64,000 bases of DNA from a bacterium (GTDB lineage: Bacteria; Electryoneota; Electryoneia; Electryoneales; Electryoneaceae). The translations under genes were made by a program, and so were the position numbers. Below the pieces are notes generated by a model. The model was not told where the DNA came from. It did not search any database and worked only from the letters and a program-made list of their open reading frames with translations. Shown in pieces: positions 17,605 to 27,444 of the stretch; position 1 is the stretch's first letter, and every line of letters starts with the position of its first letter. The DNA lies in the NCBI GenBank assembly GCA_963675295.2, contig CAXXKJ010000002.1, positions 2,368,001 to 2,432,000 on the forward strand, given 5' to 3'.

Positions 17605-20154
17605 ATGCGCACGCGTTACCTCGTACTGTCACTGTTACTTGGACTTCTGATTGTTGGCTTGGCAGTCGCCGAAGAGCTGCATCCGTTGGGTGCGATTTAT
17701 TCAGAGCAGCCGGATTGGGTGCTTGACTCGCCGGAAATCATCCTGAACAACGGTCTCGAAGAGCTCGACGAGTTTGTCGACAACTCGGCGGGTTTGCCAC
17801 CGGTCGGGAACCAGGGATCGCAGGGTAGCTGCACCGCGTGGGCGTGCGCGTACTACTACCTGACTTACACGCAGGGCCAGGATTACGGTTGGGACCTGAC
17901 TGACCGGGCGCACCAGATGAGCCCGGCGTTCACGTACAACCTGATCAACGGTGGTGGAGATAATGGCTCAAACCCGTACGACGCGTTCGAGGTGTTCGAA
18001 ACGCTTGGCAGCGCGACGTATGAGGACATGCCGTACACGCAGAGCAACTGCACGAATTTCCCGCCTGGAGAAGGGTTCCGCAACGGCCTGAAGTTCCGTA
18101 CCTCGGCGACGTATTCGATCAACGTCGGGTCGCAGTATGGTGTTAACCAGCTGAAGACGCACCTCGCGAACGGCAACATTTCGATGATCGCGATTACGGT
18201 GTGGCCGAACTTCGACAACATCAGCAGCTACAACTACAACTACTGCGTGAATGACATCTACGGCGAAATTCGTGGCGGTCACGCGGTGACGGTTGTCGGG
18301 TATGACGATTCGCGTGTCACCAGCGACGGTGTCGGCGCATTCAAAATGGTCAACTCGTGGGGCCCGAACTGGGGACAGCAGGGATTCTGGTGGATGTCGT
18401 ACGAAGCGTTCATGGATGATATCATCTGCTGGGGCTACGCTCTATACGCCGACGATATCCCGCAGTACGAACCGACCCTTGTTGCGCGTGTTGAGCCGAC
18501 TCACAGCCACTGGTATTCGCTGGAATACGTACTCGGTTCGGGAACGTGTGACCAACCGACGGCCAGCGGCCGTTACTTCGATTTCAGCAACAACGGCGTG
18601 CATGCGTATCCGGACAATGCGTATTTCTACATCGACCTGACCGAGTACGCGGGCGGCTTGTCGTTAACCGAACCGAACTACTTCTTCATCAAGGGCGATG
18701 ATCAGCGGGCGTACGATGGTCACGGCGGCACGATTAATCACGTGATGATCGAGGATCTGGTCAACGAGCATTACGCGACGTGCTACAGCACGCCGGTGCC
18801 GATTCCGGACAACCAGAACGATGCGGAAATCGATGTCGTCCTGTATCACGCGGCAGTACCACCGGCGAGCCTGGACGCGGCGATCGACCTCAGTGACGGA
18901 TCTATTGATCTGACGTGGCCGGCGGTGACCGGCGGGTCCGATTTCCTCGGTTATAACGTCTACCGTGACGGCGAGATGATCGCGTTCACGGAAAACACGT
19001 ACTATACGGATTCGCTGCCAGATTTCGGTGAATACGATTACAGGGTATCGTCTGTCTGGGAACCGTGCCAATCATGGCCGACGGACGACGCGCATGTGAA
19101 CTGGTGGACGCCGGTGAATTCGTCCTACCCGGAAGTCCCGGCGCTGGACGGCGCGACAGGCGACTTCACCCTCAGCTGGGAACAGCTTCGGTACTACGAT
19201 GTGCAGTATGACGACGGCACCTGTGAACAGGAGCTGGTTTTCAGTGCGGCGGCTCAGCATGGCGCGATGATGGCGCAGCGCTTTTACGCCCAGCACGACG
19301 GCAAGTTGACGAAGGTGAATTTGTTCTTCCCGGACTGTGATTATCCGATGGGGAACGTGAAGCTGAAGGTGTTCAGCCAGGATGGTGACGGCATGCCTGA
19401 CGTGGAGCTTGCGAGCACGGTTGGTTTCACGCCGGTGGCCGGTGAGTGGAACATGATCGATCTCGAGGCGAAGCGCGTCGTGGTGACTGATGGTGACCCA
19501 CTGTGGATCGCCGTTTGGTATTCGAGCGTTGGAACCTCCGCAATCGGTCTCGACATCAATTCGAACAACGATGGCCGCATGCTCAGTCCGGATGGTGCCA
19601 ACTGGATGTCGATGGGCGGTGGCGGTGCTTTGATGATGCGTGCCGAATTCGGGGAAGAGGAACTGATTGACGGCATGACCGGCCTGCTCGGGTTCAAGGT
19701 TTACCAGGACAACGAGCTGCTCGGCGAGGTGAACAACAACCTGCACGAAATCGACGGCACGTTGCCGGGCGCGGGGACGTACACCTTCCGCGTGGATGCG
19801 ATTTATCAGCAGGGTGTGTGGACCGGTGAGGACATGGAGTTGACGTGGGACGGATTCACCAAGGTTGCGGAGAACGATCTGCTGCCGAAGGAATTCGCCG
19901 TTTCCAATGCCTACCCGAACCCGTTCAACCCGGTGACCTCGTTCAACGTGACGCTGCCGCAGGCGGCGGAGCTGAACGTGACGGTGTACAACATGCTTGG
20001 CCAGCAGGTCGCGCGGCTGGCGAACGGTAAGTTCGTCGCGGGTGAGCATCGGCTGCAGTTCGATGCGAACGGGCTGTCCAGCGGTCTGTACCTGGTGCGG
20101 GTGAGTGTGCCGGGTGAGCTGAACAACGTGATGAAGGTGATGTACCTGCAGTAG
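17605..20154 (+). CDS. Secreted C1A papain-like cysteine peptidase with FN3-like domains and T9SS-type CTD
   Basis: QGSQGSCTAWA, GGHAVTVVGYDD, VNSWG; GYNVYRDG (FN3-like); YPNPFNP...KVMYLQ. Confidence 0.9.
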   Translation: MRTRYLVLSLLLGLLIVGLAVAEELHPLGAIYSEQPDWVLDSPEIILNNGLEELDEFVDNSAGLPPVGNQGSQGSCTAWACAYYYLTYTQGQDYGWDLTDRAHQMSPAFTYNLINGGGDNGSNPYDAFEVFETLGSATYEDMPYTQSNCTNFPPGEGFRNGLKFRTSATYSINVGSQYGVNQLKTHLANGNISMIAITVWPNFDNISSYNYNYCVNDIYGEIRGGHAVTVVGYDDSRVTSDGVGAFKMVNSWGPNWGQQGFWWMSYEAFMDDIICWGYALYADDIPQYEPTLVARVEPTHSHWYSLEYVLGSGTCDQPTASGRYFDFSNNGVHAYPDNAYFYIDLTEYAGGLSLTEPNYFFIKGDDQRAYDGHGGTINHVMIEDLVNEHYATCYSTPVPIPDNQNDAEIDVVLYHAAVPPASLDAAIDLSDGSIDLTWPAVTGGSDFLGYNVYRDGEMIAFTENTYYTDSLPDFGEYDYRVSSVWEPCQSWPTDDAHVNWWTPVNSSYPEVPALDGATGDFTLSWEQLRYYDVQYDDGTCEQELVFSAAAQHGAMMAQRFYAQHDGKLTKVNLFFPDCDYPMGNVKLKVFSQDGDGMPDVELASTVGFTPVAGEWNMIDLEAKRVVVTDGDPLWIAVWYSSVGTSAIGLDINSNNDGRMLSPDGANWMSMGGGGALMMRAEFGEEELIDGMTGLLGFKVYQDNELLGEVNNNLHEIDGTLPGAGTYTFRVDAIYQQGVWTGEDMELTWDGFTKVAENDLLPKEFAVSNAYPNPFNPVTSFNVTLPQAAELNVTVYNMLGQQVARLANGKFVAGEHRLQFDANGLSSGLYLVRVSVPGELNNVMKVMYLQ

Positions 20155-20278
20155 GCGCAGCGAATGACGCGAGACGCTGTCTCGCTTGGTGATTCTCCAA
20201 TCGTGAGACGTGGCGAGGCTCTCTTCTAAAAGGGAGCCTTTTCACGTATATTATACTCACTTTGCAAAGGAATTCAGG

Positions 20279-21196
20279 TTGGAACGATTGGAACGCATCA
20301 CAACCAGCAAGAGCACCTCGTTACGGCGTAGCCAGGTGATCAAGCGGTTACGGGAAAACAACAATCTGCCGGTGTTTCCGGACATTCTCCATCGTCTCGA
20401 GTCGATTCTGGAGGATACCACCCGGGTCAACATCAACCAGGTTGCTGAACTGATTGAGAGTGAACCGGTGATTGCCGGGCGGGTGATCAAGCTTGCCAAC
20501 AGCGCGTATTATGGCGGTGGCCGGCGGACTCTCGACAGCATCCCGCTCGCGGTCAACCGGCTTGGGTATCACACCCTGCGAACCCTCGTGTATTCCTGTG
20601 TTCTTCCCGAAATGTTCCTGGATGTGAAGGGCTTCGACCACTTGCAGTTCTGGCGGCATTCATTGATCGTCGCGTTGCTCTCGCGTGACCTGATGACGCG
20701 TTCAGTGGAACGCACGCTGAAGACAATCGATCAGGCGTATCTGGCGGGTTTGATGCACGGCGTCGGGGTGCTGGTGTTCATGACGCTCGTACCGCATGAA
20801 TACAGGCAGGCGTTGCAGACGTCGAAGGAGTCCGGCACCATGCTGTCGGCGGTGGAGAAGGAGATGTTCGGTATTGATCACGCCGAACTGGGATCCCTGC
20901 TGCTGGAGAGCGAATGGAACATGGACGATGTGGTTGTAGAGGCAGTCCGCAATCAGTATGTAGCGCCGGAAGCGAAGCCGCCGCGTAATGTGCGGGAAAC
21001 GTTGTACGTCGCGAACGCGGTGTGCCTCGTGTACGGCATCTCCAACGGGACCGGGATGAACTACGAGAGCCAGCATCTCGATTTACTGGCGAACATCGGG
21101 CGTCTCAAATATGACAAGGAGACGATCGAACGGTTGCTGGAGTTGGCGCAGGACGAAGTATCGACGATCGAGGATTTTCTGCACTTCCATCCGTAA
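20279..21196 (+). CDS. HDOD domain protein
   Basis: LPVFP, VIKLANSAYY, AVNRLG, FWRHS, AGLMHGVG, FGIDHAELG; TTG start inferred after AAAGGAA. Confidence 0.9.
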   Translation: MERLERITTSKSTSLRRSQVIKRLRENNNLPVFPDILHRLESILEDTTRVNINQVAELIESEPVIAGRVIKLANSAYYGGGRRTLDSIPLAVNRLGYHTLRTLVYSCVLPEMFLDVKGFDHLQFWRHSLIVALLSRDLMTRSVERTLKTIDQAYLAGLMHGVGVLVFMTLVPHEYRQALQTSKESGTMLSAVEKEMFGIDHAELGSLLLESEWNMDDVVVEAVRNQYVAPEAKPPRNVRETLYVANAVCLVYGISNGTGMNYESQHLDLLANIGRLKYDKETIERLLELAQDEVSTIEDFLHFHP

Positions 21197-21214
21197 GGAT
21201 TGGACACAGTCAAC

Positions 21215-21499
21215 TGACTACGGACTACGGTCGGTGGTTGGCGGATTACGGACTGCGAACATACAAGGTACGGATTGAGATTGACCACCTGATGACCCCA
21301 GACATGAATGTCTGGGGCATTTTGGTAGATGTGAGATTTGAGACGTGAGATTTGAGATTTTAGATGTGAGATGTGAGATGTGAGATGTGAGACTAAAGAT
21401 CAGAGATGTAAGACCACAGGCCAAACTCGGCCACTGATCACTTACACTCACGCCGACCGCTGAAAACCGTTTACCGGCTACTGATAACCGTTTACAGCA
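21215..21499. repeat. Heptamer array I enclosing a palindrome
   Basis: GGACTAC/GGTCGGT block, CCCCAGACAT-GA-ATGTCTGGGG (21296-21317), about 14 AGATGTG-type units, ACCGTTT block. Confidence 0.9.
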
Positions 21500-23422
21500 T
21501 CATGCTCCGCCGTGAAGCCGGTCACGCAATTCACGGCGCAACACGTACCCACTTGAGCTGCGCGGGATGGCGTCAGCCTTCATGTACAGCGTCGGGACTT
21601 TGTATTTCGGCAGGTTTCTCGCGGTGCAGAACTCCAGCAGCTCGTTCTCGTCTGGCACGTAATCCCGTTTCGGCACAACGAACGCGACCACTTCCTGCCC
21701 GAGGTTGGAATCGGGACGGGCAACCACCGCGACGTCCTCGAATTCTTCGTGTTCGATCAGCACGGCTTCAACCTCCTGCGGATAGATGGCGAAGCCGCCA
21801 CGCACGATGCGGTCCTCCTTGCGGGAGGTGAGGTACAGCCAGTGGTTATCGTCGAGGTGGCCGAGGTCGGAGGTCGCGAACCAGCCGTCCTCGTTGAGCT
21901 GGCTCTGACCGTTTTCGTACCCCGCTACCACATTTGGTCCCCGCACCCATATCTCACCGGTTTTTCCGGGGAGTAGCAGGGTACCGTCATCATCCCGGAT
22001 CTCGACTTCCAGACCGGAGATCGGTAGACCGAGCGAATCCGGGTTGCTGGCGTCGAAATGGGTCGGGTTGATGGTGATAATGCCTGCGGATTCGGTGGTG
22101 CCGTAGGCGGTTGCGACCGGGCAGCCGAGGTGATCAGCGAAGCTGCTGAGCACGTTCAGGTCGGAATAGCGTCCCGCGCACAACGCGAAGCGCAGCCGTC
22201 GGATCGGCGAATGCGCACGCAAGGACCGGGTAATATCACCGTTGACCGGACCGAGCGAGGTTTCGTCTTCGTCGTCCGTGTCTTCCTGACCGTTGCCATC
22301 CAGGCTGCCGATCTCGCTGTTGTCCTGATCCGGCTTCGCATCGGTGGGTTCCGGTGTGTCCGGAGCGGTACTGGCTGTGGTTTCCGGCGCATCCGCGGCC
22401 GTGTTTGCCTCTGCTTCCGGCTGGGATGCTTCATCGATCGGAGTATCAACGTCGGCGTCAGTCTGTTCATCAGACTCGGCGGGTGCGGAGGCCTCCTCAG
22501 CGGCTGTTGGTTCCGTATCCGGTTGTTCGACAGCGGTTTCCGTGATAGTTACAGCGCTGGTTTCTGCCGGTGCCGGATGCTGTGCCGCTTCGGCCTCGAG
22601 TTCCTGCTTGGCGAGGGCTTCGAGTTCCGGTTGCAGCTGGGCGAAATGGGCGTAATTACCGATATAGGCGGTGATGTCGCTGTCACGGAGCAGACCGGCG
22701 ACTTCCTGCGCGGACCAGTGCCGGCAGGTTTGCAGCGTGCACGCCGCCCACGCGGGCAGGAGCATCTGGAACAGGAATCCGAACGAATCCCAGAACGGAT
22801 GGGTGCCGTACAATACGCTGGTGGACAGCACCTGCAGGATCTTTCGCACCGATTCGGTTGCGCTGAGCAGGTTGGCGTGTGTCAGCGGCACGAGCTGATG
22901 TTCCTGGCTGACGCCGGAGGTGTGGCGTCGCACGGCGACAGTGTCGAGCTCTCCTTTCGGCTCTTCAGCCCACGGGAAGGCGTCGCGCGGCCACTGGTCA
23001 CCAACGATGAAGCCGGTGTCATCGACGGGGAAGATGGGGAGTTGCATGTCGTGCAGACCCAGCTCCCACTTGAGCTCATCCGCCCGTGACTGCTGCACAA
23101 ACACCGCTGCCGGCACCGGATTGCGCAACAGGCGCGCGAGCTGGTCGTTCGGCAGGGTCGCGTCAATCGGCAGATACACCGCACCGAGCCACGGCGCGGC
23201 GAAGGCGAGGATCGGGTGCAGCGGCAGGTTCGGCAGGATCACGGCGATGTTGTCGCCGGGTTGCACGCCGATCTTATGCAAGGTTCCCGCGATCATGCGG
23301 ACGTCTTTTTCCATCTCCGCCCAGGTCAGCGTGCTCTCGGGGAAGACGAACGCGGGTTCGTCCCGCCGGTTAGACGCGGCGGCGGCGAGGATCAGGTCAC
23401 AGATATGGTTTGGCCGCGTCAT
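21500..23422 (-). CDS. AMP-binding (acyl-CoA ligase-like) protein with degenerate catalytic motifs and an acidic insertion
   Basis: HTSG..LTHANL, YGTTE, GEIWVRGPNV, TSDLG, YPQEVE; P-loop and A10 lysine altered. Confidence 0.8.
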   Translation of the reverse strand: MTRPNHICDLILAAAASNRRDEPAFVFPESTLTWAEMEKDVRMIAGTLHKIGVQPGDNIAVILPNLPLHPILAFAAPWLGAVYLPIDATLPNDQLARLLRNPVPAAVFVQQSRADELKWELGLHDMQLPIFPVDDTGFIVGDQWPRDAFPWAEEPKGELDTVAVRRHTSGVSQEHQLVPLTHANLLSATESVRKILQVLSTSVLYGTHPFWDSFGFLFQMLLPAWAACTLQTCRHWSAQEVAGLLRDSDITAYIGNYAHFAQLQPELEALAKQELEAEAAQHPAPAETSAVTITETAVEQPDTEPTAAEEASAPAESDEQTDADVDTPIDEASQPEAEANTAADAPETTASTAPDTPEPTDAKPDQDNSEIGSLDGNGQEDTDDEDETSLGPVNGDITRSLRAHSPIRRLRFALCAGRYSDLNVLSSFADHLGCPVATAYGTTESAGIITINPTHFDASNPDSLGLPISGLEVEIRDDDGTLLLPGKTGEIWVRGPNVVAGYENGQSQLNEDGWFATSDLGHLDDNHWLYLTSRKEDRIVRGGFAIYPQEVEAVLIEHEEFEDVAVVARPDSNLGQEVVAFVVPKRDYVPDENELLEFCTARNLPKYKVPTLYMKADAIPRSSSGYVLRRELRDRLHGGA

Positions 23423-24951
23423 ACGAAATCCTCGCGGTCCAGTTCACGGAAACTGACGGCTTCGAGCACATCCACCTCGGTAACGTCCTGCCGGCCTTCG
23501 AGGTCGGCAATGGTGCGTGCGACTTTCAACGCCCGCATGTGTGCACGGGCGGAGAGGCCGAGCTGTTCAATCGCCTGACGTAGCGATGTTTCGGCCTTTT
23601 CAGTGATGTTGGCGAGGTTGCGCAGATGTTTCGTCGACATCTCGCCATTGGAGAAGATCGGAACTTCGCTGAAGCGCTGCAATTGCCGCTCGCGTGCCTC
23701 GATGACCCGGGCTCGCACATCCGCGGAAGGCTCTCCTTCTTCCTTCAACGACAATTCTTCCGGTTTGACCGCTGGAACCGGAACATGAAGGTCGATGCGA
23801 TCCAGCAGTGGGCCGGAGATGCGGGATTTGTACGAGCGGATCTGTCCGGCGCTGACCGAGCCTTCGACGAGCTCGCTGCCACGGTAGCGTCCCGGCGTCG
23901 GGTTCATCGCGGCGACGAGCAGGAAGCGGGCGGGAAAACGTGTCGTCGCGGCGACACGGGCGATCACGACCTCGCCGTCCTCCAGCGGTTGCCGCAGCAC
24001 TTCGAGTGTCGCCTTGCGGAATTCCGGCAGCTCGTCAAGGAATAATACGCCACGGTGTGCGAGTGACACTTCGCCGGGGACCGGTACGGTTCCGCCGCCG
24101 ATCAGGCCGGCGTCGCTGATGGTGTGGTGCGGGCTGCGGAACGGGCGTACAGCCATCAGTGCAGCCCCGTTCGGCAGGGTTCCGGCGACGGAGTGAATCT
24201 GTGTCGTCTCGAGGGCTTCGTCCAACGTCGGGTCCGGGAGGATGGTTGGCAGGCGGCGCGCGAGCATCGTCTTGCCCGATCCCGGCGGACCGATCATAAG
24301 AACGTTATGATTGCCGGAGGCGGCGATTTCGAGCGCACGTTTTGCCCGTTGCTGGCCTTTCACCTCGCGGAAATCGACCTCATAGTTGCGTTGCGTCGAA
24401 AACAGTTCCTGGATGTCGAGGGTGTACGGCTCGACGTCATCGACGCCGTTGAGGAAATCGACGACATCGCGGAGAGTTGCCATCGGGTAGATCGGCAGGC
24501 CCTCGGCGACAGCGGCCTCGTCCTGGTTCTCCACCGGCACGACCAGTTTCTTGCCCTTCAGTCCGCGAACGGCGAGCGCGGACGGCAGCACACCTTTGAC
24601 CGCGCGGACGCGACCGTCGAGGCTGAGTTCACCGACGAAGACGTAGTCTTCGATGTTATCGCAATTGATCTGGCCGCTGGCGCTGAGCAGGCCGACCGCG
24701 AGCGCGAGATCGTAGGCCGAGCCTTCCTTGCGCAGGTCGGCGGGGGCGAGGTTGATCGTCACCTTGCGGCGGGGGAAAATGAGTCCGGCATTTTTCATCG
24801 CGGCGGAGACGCGGTCCTTCGCCTCACGCACCGACGCGCCCGCGAGGCCCACAATGGTGAAGTTGAGCAACCCGCCTTCCATCTGCGTTTCGACTTCGAC
24901 GAGCGTGGCGTCAATTCCCTGCAGTGCGACCGACCAGACCCGGCTGAACAT
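23419..24951 (-). CDS. comM: YifB/ComM Mg-chelatase-like AAA+ ATPase
   Basis: INLAPADLRKEGS, GPPGSGKT, PFRSPHHT, LFLDELPEF, SGPLLDRID. Confidence 0.93.
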   Translation of the reverse strand: MFSRVWSVALQGIDATLVEVETQMEGGLLNFTIVGLAGASVREAKDRVSAAMKNAGLIFPRRKVTINLAPADLRKEGSAYDLALAVGLLSASGQINCDNIEDYVFVGELSLDGRVRAVKGVLPSALAVRGLKGKKLVVPVENQDEAAVAEGLPIYPMATLRDVVDFLNGVDDVEPYTLDIQELFSTQRNYEVDFREVKGQQRAKRALEIAASGNHNVLMIGPPGSGKTMLARRLPTILPDPTLDEALETTQIHSVAGTLPNGAALMAVRPFRSPHHTISDAGLIGGGTVPVPGEVSLAHRGVLFLDELPEFRKATLEVLRQPLEDGEVVIARVAATTRFPARFLLVAAMNPTPGRYRGSELVEGSVSAGQIRSYKSRISGPLLDRIDLHVPVPAVKPEELSLKEEGEPSADVRARVIEARERQLQRFSEVPIFSNGEMSTKHLRNLANITEKAETSLRQAIEQLGLSARAHMRALKVARTIADLEGRQDVTEVDVLEAVSFRELDREDFV

Positions 24952-25736
24952 CAGCGTCCCCCCAGACGTACGATGAACGCCGCCATCGGGGCGAAGCTGT
25001 CCCCGTCGCGGCGGTAGGAACTGAGATAGTCGTTATCGTAAGTGCAAATCGATGCGTTTGTGCTGACTGGAATGCCGAACTCGCCGGCGTCGGCTTTCAC
25101 TCCTGCCACGAGGTCGAGGTGCGGCGAGCCGTCGAAGTCGACGACCGCATTCGCGAAGCGGGATTCGACGCGGAATTTTTCCGCGACGTCGTTGCCCACC
25201 TCGTAGTTTGGCGCGCTGATGCCGGGCCCGACCGAGAGGTGCAAGTCGCCCCGGTGTTCCGCGGGGACGGCGTCGATGAGGTTACGGACAATGCCCGCCA
25301 GCAGTCCGCGCCAGCCAACGTGCGCGATGCCAATCCAACCACTTTCCGGCGCGGCAAGCCAGACTGGCAGGCAGTCGGCGTGCGTCGTCATCAGGATCAC
25401 GTTCGGGTCGCGGGTGAGCAGGGCGTCGGTGTCCTGAAAGGCGGTGGACGCTTCGCGTGCGCCCTTGCGCATGTCGGCTTTGGTGACGACCTGGACGTTA
25501 TTCGTGTGCCCGAGGAATGGCGACACCAGTTGATCCAGTTTCAGCTGCCAGAGGCGGAGGAAGTGCAAACGGTTGGCGGCGACATCCCACTCGGGCCGGT
25601 TCTTGTACGACATCGGCCCGAACTCCTTACGTGACAGTGCCCACAGCAGGTGGGAACCATCCGGGAGGTCGGCGTTTCCTTCAATCGCGGCGTGGGCCAC
25701 GTTGACATTTGGAACAGAAAAAAGTGCTCCGGCCAT
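24951..25736 (-). CDS. pgeF: YfiH/PgeF family (laccase-domain purine nucleoside phosphorylase)
   Basis: DALLT, THADCLPV, AHVGWRG, GPGIS, YEVG, SYRRD. Confidence 0.85.
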   Translation of the reverse strand: MAGALFSVPNVNVAHAAIEGNADLPDGSHLLWALSRKEFGPMSYKNRPEWDVAANRLHFLRLWQLKLDQLVSPFLGHTNNVQVVTKADMRKGAREASTAFQDTDALLTRDPNVILMTTHADCLPVWLAAPESGWIGIAHVGWRGLLAGIVRNLIDAVPAEHRGDLHLSVGPGISAPNYEVGNDVAEKFRVESRFANAVVDFDGSPHLDLVAGVKADAGEFGIPVSTNASICTYDNDYLSSYRRDGDSFAPMAAFIVRLGGR

Positions 25737-26511
25737 GTTGAACCAATCTCTCTATGGGTTGACGACAACGCGGGCAGGGTTCGCCGGCGCGGCCGTACAC
25801 GTGCAAGTTGTTTCCGTATTCTCCGGGCTGTCCGCCCGGACGGCGGAAGTCGGAGAAGGTCGTGCCCATCTGGTTGACGGCGTCGCGCAGCACTTTGCGG
25901 ATTGCGCGGTGCAGGCGGCCGATCTGATCGACTTTCAGAGCGCCGGCGGCCAGTTTCGGGCTGACACGCGCCATCCACAGCGCTTCACTGGCGTAAATGT
26001 TGCCGATTCCGGCGATCTTGTCCTGCCGCAGCAGGTACGTTTTGACCGGCGTACGGCTGCCGCCCAGAATGCGGGCAAATTCAGCGCGTGTGAACCGGGA
26101 AGATAACGGTTCAGGGCCGAGCGTGCGAAACCCGTTCGGCTCGGTGCCGTCGACGAGGAAGAACGTGCCGAAGGTGCGCGTGTCCACGAAATGAAGCGCC
26201 GGACCCTCAGCGAGGTACAGGCTCGCGCGAAGATGGGGAGACTGCAGCGCGTTGTCCTCGAACAGCAGCTTTCCGCTCATGCGCAGGTGGATCGCCAGCG
26301 GGGGACGGTTGCCGTCCAAGTGCAGCAGGATGAACTTGCCGCGCCGGGTGACGTCCTGAATGACCGAGCCCTCGACGATACAGCGCATCGCCTTCGGGTG
26401 GCTGTGACGGTACACGCGCGGGTGCAGCAGCTCGAGACGAGTGACCGTGTTTCCCACCAGCCCGGGACGGATCCCCCGGACAACGGTTTCCACCTCAGGC
26501 AACTCAGGCAT
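25681..26511 (-). CDS. mutM: Formamidopyrimidine-DNA glycosylase
   Basis: MPELPEVE, RRGK, HLRMSG, GIGNIYASE, C-terminal CPRC..CSKCQ zinc finger. Confidence 0.96.
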   Translation of the reverse strand: MPELPEVETVVRGIRPGLVGNTVTRLELLHPRVYRHSHPKAMRCIVEGSVIQDVTRRGKFILLHLDGNRPPLAIHLRMSGKLLFEDNALQSPHLRASLYLAEGPALHFVDTRTFGTFFLVDGTEPNGFRTLGPEPLSSRFTRAEFARILGGSRTPVKTYLLRQDKIAGIGNIYASEALWMARVSPKLAAGALKVDQIGRLHRAIRKVLRDAVNQMGTTFSDFRRPGGQPGEYGNNLHVYGRAGEPCPRCRQPIERLVQHGRSTFFCSKCQRGPRRD

Positions 26512-27061
26512 CGCCGGTCAGTCCGCTTTGCAGCCGGTTTGCGATTGCCGCCGCCAGCCGTTCCAGCTCTTCGCGGTCCTCGTCGGTGTACGCGCCCGCC
26601 TTGTCGCCGTCGATGTCGATCTCGCCGATGGCGTGACCGTTGAGCAGGATCGGCACCACGATTTCGCTGCGCGTATTCGGGAAGCAGGCGAGGTAGTCGG
26701 ACCGGGCGTTGACGTCGTCCACGATGACAGTTTCCTTCGTCCTTGCCGCCAGGCCGCAGATGCCGTCTCCGACAGGGATTTTGACGTGTTCCGTCGCCTC
26801 CGGACCACTCCACGCGCCGAGGTAGAGGAACTCGTCGATCACCCAGTACAGTCCGACCCAGGAATAGCGGTCGACCTTGTGCCGCAGCCGGGTGACGATC
26901 CGCAGCTCCCAGTCCTCGAAGCTGAGTTCCTCGCCGGACTTGATCAAATCACTGACGATTTGTGCCAGGGACAAGGGGAAGTCGTCCGCCGGACGGTTTT
27001 CCGTCGCTTTTATCGTCTTGCTGCGTTCGATGAACGCGTCGAGTATCGTCGGGTAATCCAT
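26504..27061 (-). CDS. msrC: GAF-domain free methionine-(R)-sulfoxide reductase-like protein
   Basis: WVGLY, GDGICG, YLAC...SEIVVP, GEIDID. Confidence 0.75.
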   Translation of the reverse strand: MDYPTILDAFIERSKTIKATENRPADDFPLSLAQIVSDLIKSGEELSFEDWELRIVTRLRHKVDRYSWVGLYWVIDEFLYLGAWSGPEATEHVKIPVGDGICGLAARTKETVIVDDVNARSDYLACFPNTRSEIVVPILLNGHAIGEIDIDGDKAGAYTDEDREELERLAAAIANRLQSGLTGDA

Positions 27062-27165
27062 GGGGCGCTCCGTGTTTGTCAGTGTGGTAAGTGTACGACA
27101 TTGGGGCGGGGAGTGGACACATGTTCAGCGTGAATGAACAAAAAGGTGGAGACACATTAGAACAA

Positions 27166-27221
27166 GGTAGTCGGTAATCGGTAATCGGTGATCGGGTTCC
27201 GATTGTCGGTAATCGGTGATG
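27166..27221. repeat. Heptamer tandem array J (GGTAATC-type)
   Basis: GGTAGTC GGTAATC GGTAATC GGTGATC GGGTTCC GATTGTC GGTAATC GGTGATG. Confidence 0.85.
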
Positions 27222-27224
27222 TTC

Positions 27225-27386
27225 TTACCACGGACTGAAGTCCGTGGTAATCGACGGCGTGTGATGGCGTGTATTACGATGGCGTGTTTTTCGATGGCGC
27301 GGGGACCCTGTAGATTTCTTACCACGGACTTTAGTCCGTGGTAAGGGATTGAGATGAAAATGCCACGCACCGAAGTCCGTGGCATT
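27225..27386. repeat. Cluster of three REP-like palindromes
   Basis: TTACCACGGACTGAAGTCCGTGGTAA (27225-27250), TTACCACGGACTTTAGTCCGTGGTAA (27319-27344), AATGCCACGCACCGAAGTCCGTGGCATT (27359-27386). Confidence 0.85.
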
Positions 27387-27444
27387 GTTAAATCAGATGT
27401 CCGCGCAGCAATAATACTGGCGTGATGGACAGCCAGACAGCAGT

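Noticed and set aside
25681-25736. 56-nt mutM/pgeF overlap as a frameshift signal
   Set aside because: MutM is complete with its zinc finger; the overlap is explained by compact packing or an uncertain pgeF start
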